Positions 27,231 through 39,299 of a DNA stretch of 64,000 bases are shown here, piece after piece; the first letter of the stretch is position 1, and each line of letters opens with the position of its first letter. The DNA comes from Tricharina praecox (taxonomy: Eukaryota): NCBI RefSeq assembly GCF_024521635.1, contig NW_026250403.1:2108001-2172000 (forward strand), in the 5' to 3' direction. The notes beneath the pieces are model-generated. The model saw only the letters and a list, made by a program, of their open reading frames with translations, did no database searches and had not been told where the DNA came from. A program made the translations under genes and the position numbers.

Positions 27231-29178
27231 ATTTTCTCCACCGCAGAACTGGCTCCGTTTCCCTACACGCAGGTCCGTCGAACGAGCCTGGATACCGTTC
27301 CGCCTCTGTCACCGGGAGCAAGCCGACCCCAGAGAAGGAGGGCCTCCGTGCCCCGTTCTCCATCGCGTCCGAAGGCCGCGAGACAGCACGCTGCGGTGGC
27401 GGTGGCGGCGGCGACATCAGCGGCGGCGACATCAGCGACGGTGACGACAGAACCCCCGACGCTACAGTTCACGACGCATTTCGAAGATGGCGACCGGATT
27501 TCGGATGCGACGCTAGGTAACGACAAGTTGGCTACGGCTCCGGATTCTCGTGGTGTTGCCGACCGGGGGTCTCCGGCCTTCCAGGTCATCGTCCTGGTAA
27601 GTTTTCATTTTCGTCGCCCTTTTGTTTTTTTTTGTCGCGTGCGCGCGTCCGGTTGTGTCGAGAGTTCTTTCGATGGTTCCTTGAAAGGAAGAAAGAAAAA
27701 ACACAATCTGTGCGTGCATGCTCTTTATGTAAGTTGGCTCGCAAGGCAGAAACGCAATATCTGACCGTCGACTTTGTTTGGTTCGGGTACATGCAGGGAT
27801 CTGGGGGAGGTCCAACCGAAGGCAACTGTTCTGGCTATCTCCTACGTTCGACGTCAAAACGATGGGCAAAGAACTCGATTCTGGCCGTCGATGCCGGAAC
27901 TCATCTCTCTGGCATCGTAAAAATCCTCGACGACCATGCACCCAACCGGAAAAACCCGGAGGCCTCGCCGTTCGAGGGTGCCCCGCTACCTGGAGCAAGT
28001 TCGAAAGTCAATGCCGCATTCATCACTCGAGAGCTCGTATCGACATATCTCCTCACCCACTCACATCTGGACCACCTCTCCGGCTTCGTGATCAACACAG
28101 CCTCCTTCTCCAACACCGCCCAGCCGAAGCGAGTGGCTGCCCTGCCGCACGTGATCAACGCGTTGAAGACGCACATCTTCAACGACGTCATCTGGCCTAA
28201 TCTGTCGGACGAAGATGCCGGCGTGGGACTCCTCACGTATCAGCGGATGCAGGTGGCGCACACGTATATTCCCGTCTCCGATGGATTGAGTGCGCAGGTG
28301 TGGGCGGTCAGCCATGGCCACTGCATGAAGCTGCACACTCACTGGGGAAGGAAGAGCTCCGCTGGTCTTCCCTGTGATGGAGCTCATAGCGGTCACAATC
28401 ACCAGGCGCGATGGTGCGTGCTCGATTCTGCGGTCTTCTTCGTTCGGGATGACACCTCTGGCCAGGAGGTCATGATGTGGGGTGATGTTGAGCCTGGTTC
28501 GTTTCCGCCCTCTGACCCCACGTGTTCGCGCATCGTCACTAAAAAAATGATCGCCGCTCAGACTCGGTATCCCTGGACCCCCGCAACCTCCGTGTCTGGC
28601 AGGAAGCAGCACGGAAATTCCACGCCGGCTTCCTGAGCACAATCTTCATCGAATGCAGCTACGTCAACTCGCAACCCGACTCACAGCTCTACGGCCACCT
28701 CTCACCGCAGCACCTGATGACGGAACTCAAAGTGCTCGCCGAATTCATCGTCTGGCTACGCAACGGCGGCGACCAACGCAACGACAAGAAGCGCAAGCGG
28801 CTCAGCAACGGCTACTCGAACGACGATCCACTGATCGAAGGCCGGCGGCGGAACAATCCCAATCCGCCCAACACGGTCCGCGAAGAGGACGAAGAGGACG
28901 TTCCCCCGCCGTTCGGAAACCTCCTGCCGGACACGCACATCATGACCGACAATGTGAATCTGGACGTTAATCCGATCGCTGGCTTTCCCGCAGTCAACCC
29001 GTTTGGCGACCTGCGGCCGCTGGAGGGCCTGCAAATCGTCATCACCCATGTTAAGGATACCATGGGCGAGCTCGACGATCCCATGCTCGTCCTGGCGGAC
29101 CTGGAAAAACTCGAGAAGGAGGCGAATCTGGGCTGCACGTTTGTGCTCGCTAGGCAGGGGGGGAGTATATATTTCTAG
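27231..29178 (+). CDS. PDE1: Class II (low-affinity, metallo-beta-lactamase fold) cAMP phosphodiesterase. Exons (start unresolved)-27596, 27797-28496, 28562-29178; the start shown is a candidate non-AUG codon
   Basis: PAFQVIVL|GSGGGPTE, LAVDAGT, signature THSHLDHLSG, HIFNDVIWPNLSDED, SHG, WGDVEP|DS, IFIECSY, LYGHL.P, ITHVKD. Introns 27597-27796 and 28497-28561 are canonical. Confidence 0.9.
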
Positions 29179-30096
29179 TTTCTTGAGTATCTTCAATTGC
29201 TTTCTGGGTGGTTCGTCTGTTTTATTTTTGATTTTGTGGGTCTGAATCTTTGCAGCGGGGATCGGGGATCGGGGATCGGGGATTATTTCGTTTCTTGTTT
29301 TCTTGTTCTACTTGCTTTACACGATTGTTGTAGACCGGTTTGCTTTTTCCGGATTGGATTGGATTGGATTTGTTCGGATTGCTTCGGATGGGAAGGGATG
29401 AAATGGATTGGATGGACTGGGCTGGGATCGGGCTGGATTAACGGAGTTGCGTTCTTTTGCCTACTTTACTTTACTTTACTTACTTTACTTAACTTGATAT
29501 GTGGTTTGCTGGGTTTGGTCAGTGGCCAGTGGTGAGGGTGGGGGTGTTGATAATACCACACTCACTACACTGAAGATTGTACGATATTGTTGTCGAAGGA
29601 AATGGGATGGGGATAATGTTTTGATCCGACGGTGGTGCACATTCGTTTCTCTAGCACAATAGCAACGCTGTGTGTGAACTCATCTATTTTTTCCTTGCGT
29701 GCCTTTTGCATTCACAGTTCCTGATCCGAGACCGAACTGCGTGCTTGCTTGCGTGGTATGTGACATGATGTATCATACCAGTACATATGGTATCTCTGTC
29801 CGTCCCCATCCCCGTCCCCCTCCTGTCGTTGCTAGCCCTCCCGTCGTTGCCATTCCCTTCCCCAACCCGTATGAAAAATATAAAAAAAATATAAGAAAAA
29901 GAAAAAGAAAACTAAAAAGAGCACGAACAATCAATCAATCGAAAAGAATACCGCGCCCAACCTTGAAATGAAGCCCAGAAAAAAATAAAAATTGTAGGAA
30001 ACGAATACTACCCAGAAAAAATAAAAAATCAAAGTTGACACCAAACCGTATACACAAATGCAATCAAGCCTGTCGAAGAGTCTCGAAGAAACAAGT

Positions 30097-33000
30097 TCAG
30101 AAAATCTCCGCCTGCCCCTCCTGGACCTGTTCATTACAGCACATCCTACAGATAGCGAAGCCACACCTGCCGCCCTTCTTCTCATCGCGCTCTCTTACAC
30201 CTCCAAGTCTCGCATTCTCCGGTGCGGCCTCAGGCACGCCGTCCTCGCCGTCGAGACACACCCACATATTTGCGAACGGACCCTTGAGGCAGAAGGCGCA
30301 CTTCTGCGTGGTCCCACCCTTGCGCGGCTTCATGCGGTGCTCTTTGCACTCGCCCACGCCGTTCTCGTCCTCCTCGCACGTGCGGATAAACAGCGTGCCG
30401 GGCGCGTGGTGCATGCCCTGCTTCTCCTCGGCGGTGAGCGGCTGGGCCTTGAGGATTACGGACGCGCGGTTGGGGTTGGAGGAGGCGGGAACGGCGTCGG
30501 AATCGAGCATTGCGCCTGGGCGCGACGTGCCGTTGCTGCCTGAGCGGCCGATAATTGTTGACGAGACGGCGGCGGCACGGATCGCGCTGTTCCAGCGCGC
30601 TTTGCTCATTTCCGAGCTGGTGCCGCAGCCAAGCGGGCCCGAGACTTCGGTGACGGGGGAGTTGGCGCCGCTTTCGTGATCAGTGCCGTCCTCGGGGATG
30701 GGCGGTGGGGTTCCGCTATCAACGCTGGGGAGCGGCGCCTTCGGCGGACGGCGAGAGAAGGCACGCTTGAGGCCTTCACCAACAGACTTACTCCTCTTAA
30801 CGACAGGAGGCGGTGCCAGTCCTCCGACTGTTGCGGAACGCGGTACTTCGGCGGCCGAAAAGGATCTGGCGGGGAGAGCAGGCGGCTGAAGATCCGTATT
30901 TACGCGCAAGCCATTGCGCGCTGGGGTACCCGTCGATGGCCGAGGAGCGGCATCATCGAACCTCGAGAGTGCTGCAACGCGGTCGTTCTGCGCGCGAGAG
31001 GCAGTCTTGGGACGGACCTGCACCTTGGACAGAGACCGGTCCACGTCGAATGGTGTCGGAGAAGCAGATCGCGACAACGGTGATGAGGGGACAGACTGGT
31101 TGTTGTTGCCCATTTGCGAGATACTGTCGTCAGGACGGATCACAGAGAAGTCATCCCGGATGAACGAAAACGCTGACCCGGAACGGGCATACGGCGACGT
31201 GGGACTCTGTTCCATGCGCATAGACCGCTCGGAACCGGAGTTGTTCCGTGACGGGGGATTCGATGCGGCCTCTTCTTCCGTGATCGGTGGTGCCACCGGC
31301 TTGGGCTTGAGTGGTGTGCCACCTCCCGGTCGAGATGACATGGTTGCTGTTCGCAGCATCATCCTTGGACTTCCAGGACCGAACGGGGGTTTCCGCGCTG
31401 TCGGTGAGCGGTTGTACGTCGGGCTGATCGGGGTGGTTGGAAGCATTGGAGATGTGGCGGCACTTGTCGGCGCGGTGCTGATTGTGGGTGATGGCCTAGT
31501 AAGCATGGTAAAGCCCGTGCTGCTTGTGGTATCTGTGAAATGCGAATCGTGTTTACCGGTCCGTGGCTGAGCAGGCTCGGGCATGATGCTGTCGTGGTGG
31601 ATACGCGAAAACGTAGTCTTGTGAGGATCCGGAGTGGGAGGTTCATGCGTGAAACTCGGAACCGCGGAACCAACTTCGGTGGTTGTGTCCAGGAACACTG
31701 GTACCTCTTCGGAAAATTTCCTCGGCCCTTGCATGTAATCTTGCTGCCTCACAGTCATATCACTTTTATGTGTACCCACTATACCCGGATGTCCCCTCAG
31801 CGCAGAGAAAGAGTACCCATCGTCGGCAGGAGTGGCAGGCGTCTCGGGCGTTACATTCCGATGCGAGCTTCGGGTTGATGAATGTTGACTCGACAACCCC
31901 GGGTTATCCGACTCGGTCGCCAAGGTCGCATTGTCGGACGATTTGTAACTGGGTCGCAGTGAAAGATTGCTCGCCGAGCTTGCTGCCGAAGGGTAGTAGC
32001 TCCAGTCATCGACCTTTCCGTGAACCTCCTGCACTTGATATGTGGGCCGAGTATCGTGTTCAACGTCAAACCGCGCCATAATGTCATCCATCTCCGCTCC
32101 GATCTGTTGCTGACTTGTCGATGTCGCCGTGGCGGACCCGGAGAGTGCATCCATGTTCATGTCTTTCATGCTATCCAAGCTTGGAAGTTGAGGGATTTCA
32201 TCTCTACTCACATCCCTTGATGGGCTGGTGAGCGCCGCATCCTCTGGCAGTGTTTCTTCGCGAGGTCTGTTTCCAGCACCCACAAGCGTACGCAGCCGGG
32301 TGGAAACCTTTCTGCTGAGTGACCGCTTCGGCCCCGAGGGCACTCCCCCGGTGGGCTTGTCATAGAAATCGGGCCCACGCTGCACCGGCTGTAGCTTACC
32401 AAGGTAGGCGGGCAGGTTATGGTGCTCAGGGGACTGGGGTGCTGAAATAGCAGGCCGGCCCCTTGCACCCATCACCGGTGACGGCATGGAAAAGTCGATG
32501 AATGTGGTATCTGTCGGCTCGGTCGGGGTTTCCCCAACAAGATTGAATTCCAGGCCGTGCGAGAAGTGTGTTGAAGTCGGGCCGGAAACCGGTGACACTG
32601 GCGACACGGGCTCGTCCTGCGGCGCAAAGTTGTATCTTCGAGGCGAGGGCAGCAACGGCGATACCGGCTCTTCGGGCCCTGAATCAAAGGCCTCAAAGTA
32701 TTTTGCCGTCTCCGCCTGCTGAAGTTCTCTAGCTGGTTGAATATCTAATTTCAATGGGCGGTGACGTGTCTGCTCGGTTTGATAGTAGGATAGGGTGAAA
32801 GGTTGAGAGATGGCTAGGGGACCCTCGATGGAGTTGGCAGAGGAGTAATCGCTGGAGTCGGACCCGCGGCTTTCCGTCGCAGACCTCACAATTGCTAGAG
32901 GTGTGTTTCCTCCTTGAAACCGGTCAACGGTAGGGAGCCCTGAATCCTCTCGCTGGGTTTGTCGGCCACGGGCGGTATATTGGGTCGTCGGAGAGTAGGG

Positions 33001-33738
33001 CTGGTATGTTACTGGGCTCTGGGTTCCCGGCGTGCTGCTACTGCTGGCGCCCGTCCGAAGCGTCAAATGCGACTGCTCTTGATTCCGCGTCCTGACGGTC
33101 GGATTCGAAGAAGTCGATGAAGAGTGTGAAGAAAAGGAAGGGACAACAAAGTGCCCTACTTCATCAGGGTCGGGAGTGACGGCCGGGCGGGAGAAGTTTC
33201 TGCGCTCGCTGCTACCCGATTGCTCGGGCGAGTAAGGCCTGGGGTAATGTCTAGTTTCGTCAGACGCTGTCAGACCACAATAGGGGGCACTGCAATCGTA
33301 CTCTTGGTCCTCCCGCTCCCCATTGTTTCCGTCCCACTCCGAAACGTACTCATCAGATGCGGTCGTCGCCAGTCTTCCATCGTTGTCACCATTACCCCTG
33401 AGATACTCCTGCACTTGGTACTGGTCATCCGCGCGGCTTGGCCGAGCCGGTGCACCTGGTTGGTGGGGTCTTGGGTCTAATTTCGATGTGTAGTACTCGC
33501 CACCATTGAGCTCAGCCCCGCCAGCGCTCGCCGTGGCGGGATGCGCGGGTTCCCCCCTGTGAACCGGCGAAACGCCTACAGCTGCGAGCGGAACACGTCC
33601 ATCCTGAGGGGAGATCTTGAGATCGATGAAAGAGCCATTGATGTTGATGGGCTCAAGAGGCGTGGGATTTCCAATCCGATCCTTCAAGTTTCCAACCTTT
33701 CGATGTTTCGACTTGGACCGGCCCCAGAGAGAGTTCAT
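30097..33738 (-). CDS. 1213-aa Ser/Pro/Thr-rich, probably disordered protein with a C-terminal Cys/His-rich putative zinc-binding domain
   Basis: Uninterrupted 3.6-kb ORF; C-terminal C...CKEHRM...CAFC...WVC...CGFAICRMCC. Confidence 0.85.
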   Translation of the reverse strand: MNSLWGRSKSKHRKVGNLKDRIGNPTPLEPININGSFIDLKISPQDGRVPLAAVGVSPVHRGEPAHPATASAGGAELNGGEYYTSKLDPRPHQPGAPARPSRADDQYQVQEYLRGNGDNDGRLATTASDEYVSEWDGNNGEREDQEYDCSAPYCGLTASDETRHYPRPYSPEQSGSSERRNFSRPAVTPDPDEVGHFVVPSFSSHSSSTSSNPTVRTRNQEQSHLTLRTGASSSSTPGTQSPVTYQPYSPTTQYTARGRQTQREDSGLPTVDRFQGGNTPLAIVRSATESRGSDSSDYSSANSIEGPLAISQPFTLSYYQTEQTRHRPLKLDIQPARELQQAETAKYFEAFDSGPEEPVSPLLPSPRRYNFAPQDEPVSPVSPVSGPTSTHFSHGLEFNLVGETPTEPTDTTFIDFSMPSPVMGARGRPAISAPQSPEHHNLPAYLGKLQPVQRGPDFYDKPTGGVPSGPKRSLSRKVSTRLRTLVGAGNRPREETLPEDAALTSPSRDVSRDEIPQLPSLDSMKDMNMDALSGSATATSTSQQQIGAEMDDIMARFDVEHDTRPTYQVQEVHGKVDDWSYYPSAASSASNLSLRPSYKSSDNATLATESDNPGLSSQHSSTRSSHRNVTPETPATPADDGYSFSALRGHPGIVGTHKSDMTVRQQDYMQGPRKFSEEVPVFLDTTTEVGSAVPSFTHEPPTPDPHKTTFSRIHHDSIMPEPAQPRTGKHDSHFTDTTSSTGFTMLTRPSPTISTAPTSAATSPMLPTTPISPTYNRSPTARKPPFGPGSPRMMLRTATMSSRPGGGTPLKPKPVAPPITEEEAASNPPSRNNSGSERSMRMEQSPTSPYARSGSAFSFIRDDFSVIRPDDSISQMGNNNQSVPSSPLSRSASPTPFDVDRSLSKVQVRPKTASRAQNDRVAALSRFDDAAPRPSTGTPARNGLRVNTDLQPPALPARSFSAAEVPRSATVGGLAPPPVVKRSKSVGEGLKRAFSRRPPKAPLPSVDSGTPPPIPEDGTDHESGANSPVTEVSGPLGCGTSSEMSKARWNSAIRAAAVSSTIIGRSGSNGTSRPGAMLDSDAVPASSNPNRASVILKAQPLTAEEKQGMHHAPGTLFIRTCEEDENGVGECKEHRMKPRKGGTTQKCAFCLKGPFANMWVCLDGEDGVPEAAPENARLGGVRERDEKKGGRCGFAICRMCCNEQVQEGQAEIF

Positions 33739-35139
33739 CCTCCACGGTGGCGGGGGGAGAAGGGGTGTGTTTCGAAAGTCGTGGGTAAAATTGAATTTGC
33801 CAGGTAGCGATTATTGAAGGGCGATGAGAGCTCGTGGCCCGAACAGCTGAACAGGAATCGGCGGATATTATTGGACAGAGGACGGACGAATTATTCCGAT
33901 GCGACAAGAGGGAATGTGTGTAACTGTGAAACAGGGCTTTTGCGGGACGTAGCGGCGGGCTTGCCTGGGGGATTTTCTTTCGTCGCGTCGATTCGAATAC
34001 TATCTTGTATGTGTATAAATTACTGTGTCCGTCAGCTACACGAACTGAGGCCTGAATGTTCCTGGACGCGGCCGTGTCGAGGGAGCTGGGAGTTTCGATC
34101 GTGGCGGAGGTAGGGCAGGCGACAGGACAGGGCTAGCAAGGGCAATGTTGGTACATGGAAGGAGTTCGTTCTGGGCTGTAGGTACCTACCTCAGTCGATT
34201 CGCATCCACCGGCAAGCTGAAGAAGCGAGTGTGATGGTGAGAGCGGATATTTTCGGAATCCGATAGTGTTCTGCTCAGCACCGTACGGCAAAAAAGGAGT
34301 GAAATACAATAACGAGTGTGATTTCCGCGACCGACTGAACGACTGAACGACAATGGGGGGGGAGAGGAGGGAGTGTTAGGATCAGGAGAAGGGGAGAAGG
34401 AGGAGGGCAGATAGGTAGTTGGGGTAGGTGGGCAGTTGGAGCAGTGGCGAGGAGGACGGAGAAAGAAAAGTACGTGGGGATCTCGGGCAGGCCTGCGATG
34501 GATGCATAGCCAGGGATGGGGGGAGTTCAGGAACCAGGGCAGCCACGACGAAGAGGTTAGACGCAGGCCCATTCCGAGTAGACGCACGGCCTCATCTTCA
34601 CCCCCGGACCCTCACCGGGCTAAACAAAGCAAGCCGTAAAATACATTGTATCATTGTATAGTGTGTACCTTTATTTTGGGCCGCGATGTATTTACGGACA
34701 GAAACAACGGTGAGAATTAGAAGCATCATCCACCAGAGCGGGCACCGTAAATAGTTGTTTCGGTCGGTTCGTGGGCGTCCCTCGGGCTTCATGCGGCGAA
34801 GGTCGCATGGAATTATCTTTTGCCAGGGCAGAGAGACACGGATGCGGAGAGTAGCGATCTTGGAGACGCTATTAAAAACCGGATTGGTTAGCTCAGGAGC
34901 GTCGAGCACGCTACATAAGGCGTTGAGCTCGAGAAGGACATGGTGGAAGACATGGTTGAACGAACGCTGGTGTGCCCGGCGCAATTTGGAGACACTGTAT
35001 GTGGCGCAGCGGCCAGATGAACGTTACATTCGTGCGCTTTCGTGTCCGAACATGAAGAATACGCGCAGCCGGACGGCCCAGGCACAGAACCGCGGCAGAT
35101 GAGGAGCAGGAGAGGAGTGTGCTGGCACTCCTACGGTGG

Positions 35140-35304
35140 CTTGGATGCTCGGAGTGGTCAGAGAAGTCTCGGAACGATCTCGGAAACGTTTTCGAAGAGT
35201 CTCCTGGAACCCGCGGTACTCTAGCTTGAGATGCTTGGAGTGATCACAGAAGTCTCGGAACGATCTCAGCAGAGTTTTCGAGGAGTCTCCTGGAACCCGC
35301 GGTA
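35140..35304. repeat. Tandem duplication of about 80 bp
   Basis: AGAAGTCTCGGAACGATCTC...GTTTTCGA.GAGTCTCCTGGAACCCGCGGTA occurs at 35140-35218 and 35225-35304. Confidence 0.9.
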
Positions 35305-38300
35305 TGCAGATGCAAGCAGTCAGGCTGGCAGGCGTGCCTCTGCACGGGAATCAGCTCTAGTAGAGAAGGGTTAGAGCAACTTCTCTACGATCCCGAGTGG
35401 GAACGATCACGAGCTCCCTTGCCAGTTGGAGTAAAGTCAAGACGCACCTCGTTAGTTAGGGCTGTCTTCGGCCAGCTCTCCTTTGCCACAATCCGTTCAG
35501 GCGAGTCACCGCCAGGTAGGTTCTCGTACTTGGTACTCATGTACCTACGGGACGGTACATGGATGGACATGTACTTTATTTCGCCATGATCGCAGGACAA
35601 TTTCGGGCCGAAGGAGCACCAGCTTGGCTCTTGTCGGCTCCCACAACTGGTACGTGCCGGTGCTATCCACACTGAGCTAGAGCAGAGCAGAGGACACCCA
35701 TCCACATGTCCTCCCTCGTTCTTGGGAGACTTCAACTTTCCGACGCGGCGTTGTGCCTCTCCCAAACATCGTGAAAGGATGGGGTCCGATCCGGTGTCGC
35801 TCTAGTTTGAACGCCGGCGTCCCGACAGCTTCACCGACGGATTCACCGACGTTCGAATTGGATTGTGGGGAAGCCTCCTTGCTGCAACGGTTCGGGTGCA
35901 GAACTCTCCAGCACCACTCGTGAGTCGTCTACCAGTATATATCTTCATACTTACCTATGCACGGTACATACAATACATTCGTCGGCTTTTCGTCACATCC
36001 CCACGTCCATTATCTACACCGAAAGTGAGTTGTCACTTTTATTTTCCTCTCGCTCGTCGCATGAAACATGAAACACGTCCGCCCTCGCTAAAATGATATG
36101 AGTGCTCCGGTCGCTTCGGGTTAGTCGGTGCACACTGCACACACACAGCGGGTGGGTCGCGGGAGATTGGCTTGGCTCCGTCCGCGGGACGCATGCTGGG
36201 GGGCTTCGGGATCGGCTCTCCCGGCGGAGAGGTGAGCATATCGGACGGAAGAAGCATATATACGGTAGTACGTAACTACGGCACACACACAAAAAAAATC
36301 TTGCTTACATACAGTGCACAGTGCACACGGAATTTCCACGGGTGAACCTCCACCCCCCCGTGTGGCATGCAGAGCTCTCCCGCCCCCGTTTCGTATTGAG
36401 TGCTGTCACTGATGAACGGAACTACTTTTTATTATGTGCCCATATTATAGGCACTCTAGGCACTCTACTGTATGCATGGAAGCCCGGAATGGCAAACCAA
36501 TGCACGCGCAAACATGGTCAGACTCCTCGAACGACAACATGCTGTGCTGTGCTGTGGGATGACCACATACTCGTATGTTCAGCCCACTCCGTCCAGGCGT
36601 CCAAGCAAGTATCAAGTATCTGCATATACCATACTTCGGTATTTGGGCTCGATGCTTTGAACTTTCCCAAGATGCTCCTACCTACTATCTTGTACAATCT
36701 CACAGCAGCTAGCGAGATTGTCTTGTCTTGTCGAACGTTCAGTCTTCTGTGCCGGTTCCGTTGCCGGCTTGCGTGCGACGGTATACATCCAGTCACATGG
36801 TGGAAGTGGTCAGTGAAATCTTCGTGGTGTCCATCAAACGTTTTCAGCTGCCTACAGGTTCTACTGCAAAACCCAGTACTCTGCGTTCTGCCTGGAATTC
36901 GTGACTCGGGCTCTGGAAACAGTGGTGAGTGAATGCGCACAATTGTGGCTCCAACTTGCTTGCGAGCCACAATAGGGTATTTTCGGGAGTGGAGGCGTTC
37001 GTGGTGAAGCCGGCAGCCTCGGCGCGGTCTGTATCTCCACCGCCTTTGGATACCTGGCATCTCGAAGTCGGTATGATACCCTTCAAGTAATTCCTCAAAA
37101 TCTCCGTGGTCGACTCAACGATAGGTAGGTATGTAGGTACCATCTTTAAACTTCAGTTCTCGCGAGTCCGCAGTTCCGGACGACCGCCCGACTCTACCGC
37201 GACTGTTGTGGATAAATCATAAAGTTACCTACCTATGTTTGATTTTGTGCCCACTGCCCACGGTTGAGGCCAGCGGGGATTAGCAGGTGGACGGATCAAT
37301 CATCAACTTGCTCTGACTCTCGGACTCTCGGACTCTCGGCGGACCTGTGTATCTACCCAACATTTTGCCCGCGTGGCTATAGTATTCCCAAAGGTACTTA
37401 GATATCACGGGGATTATCTCCTGCATACCTATGTAGGACCTAGGTAGTTATCGCCGGCAGATCAGATCAGATCACGGTCGACGCCCGCCGGAGACGTCCG
37501 GAAGTTGGAACCGATATGTAGATAGGTAGTCAACTTCAAACACGCCACTGCCGGTGCCGGTGCTGCGCGAATTGCTGTTACAGTAAAGTTAATCCGGATT
37601 ACCCCCACGGAAGAAGGGCTCTTGGCTAGCTGTAGGAAGTATGTAAATCCATAGCTGTTAGCGGGTTAGTCATACATCATACATCATACAGGATGAACAT
37701 CTTCTCACATATTTGGCTATTTGGCATTTACTCGTTGAATCGCATCCCTACTTACCCAGCACATCTTCAGTCAACGATGCCGCACTCGAGGGTGGCGCCG
37801 GTCTAGAAATCTCAAATTGCGTCGACTGCATTCTTTAATAGTGAGGATTCTCTCATGTGATTAGGTACTACGGGCTTACGGCGAGGTGGTGATTATCATT
37901 CATTTGGCCGACAATATACATTAGAGATAGTCTGGCCTCTAAAAGTGACAGCACTGCTCCGTATAATTCAAGGTGAATAAACCTCATCATCGTCACTGGT
38001 CAGCATTAGTCGATTGACCGGGCGTGTTTATTTTTGGAAGAGGGTTAAACTTTAATGCTCGATTCTTTTCCGCCGCAGGCGCTTTGAGCCAAGGAGGGGG
38101 GCAGCCATCGGTCCAATGCGCACTCAGTTCGAATCTAGGATCTTCTAGCGATGGAGACAACTAGTACCTATTCCACACTAGGTATCATAGGAAAAGTATA
38201 AAATATAATTTACCTACCAGCTTAAAATCGGATCCGATTTGAAGTGCCCAGCATCACAGCTCTGATAACTCAGGTCAGGTTGACCGTTGCGGAGCCAAGG

Positions 38301-39299
38301 GCTAGGAAGAAGACGATGGTGATGACGGCATCTACGGTTACTAGTCGACTGATTGCTTCTAAGTTTTACTATACAGCGATCCAACGCACGGGGAAGTGAG
38401 CGAAGAACTAGGTAACTTTAACCATAGGCTCTGATAACGGCCCTCCACATTCATGATTCCAGTACTATGCTTTGCAACCCGCTCTTCGTCACAGTTCGCA
38501 ATCTTTGCCAGGGAAGCGACTTGTGATGAGGACCAAGTGTCACTGGTGATGGCCTTCTGTGTTCAACCTCGAGAAGAGCATATTCACGGAAGGAAATAAA
38601 AAGGCTGCCTTCTTCCGATCAGCGAGCTGTCGGAGCATGATTCCGCAAGCTCAAGGCTCCATAGAGCACGGATTCAACAAATCTTGTATGTACCCGCAAA
38701 ACGGCGGACGCCCTCCTAGTTACAAGTTACAACCTTGCCATCACGTTGCCTAGATATGGTACAGCCTGCCGCGGGGGCCTGGTATGTATGTAGAATCGCG
38801 CATAACTAGAGGCTGTGTTGTGGCGCATAGCACAAGGCTGTAGCCTGTGACTCGATATCAAAACACTGCTGCCTAAGTAACGAGGGCCTGATCAAAAAGA
38901 ACGACCACCCGCATCTCGCATCCCGCGTAGGTAATCCTTCACCGGCAAGCAGGACAATCTTGAAAGTTGAGACTCGAGACAAGCTGCTCCTGCACAGAAC
39001 TCAAATGTCCCGTTCGAAAGTCACCGCTACTCCTGCGGCAGCGGGCCATCGGTAGTCGGCACCGATTCAATATTCGCTCGAGTCCCCGAATAAATAGTAG
39101 TCTCGATACAACTTGGGCGGCTGTAATATACCTATAGCGAACCATCGGCCCAGTCCGCGAGACAGAACAAGCCGTTACAGACTCACAGCAGCCCGCGGGT
39201 CAAGTCTAATTCCTCCAGTCATCATTCCAATCCCAACTCTCCAGCCTTGTAGTTAGCCGGCTTTGGGTTTCACAGCCCCAACCATGGACAATGAACATA

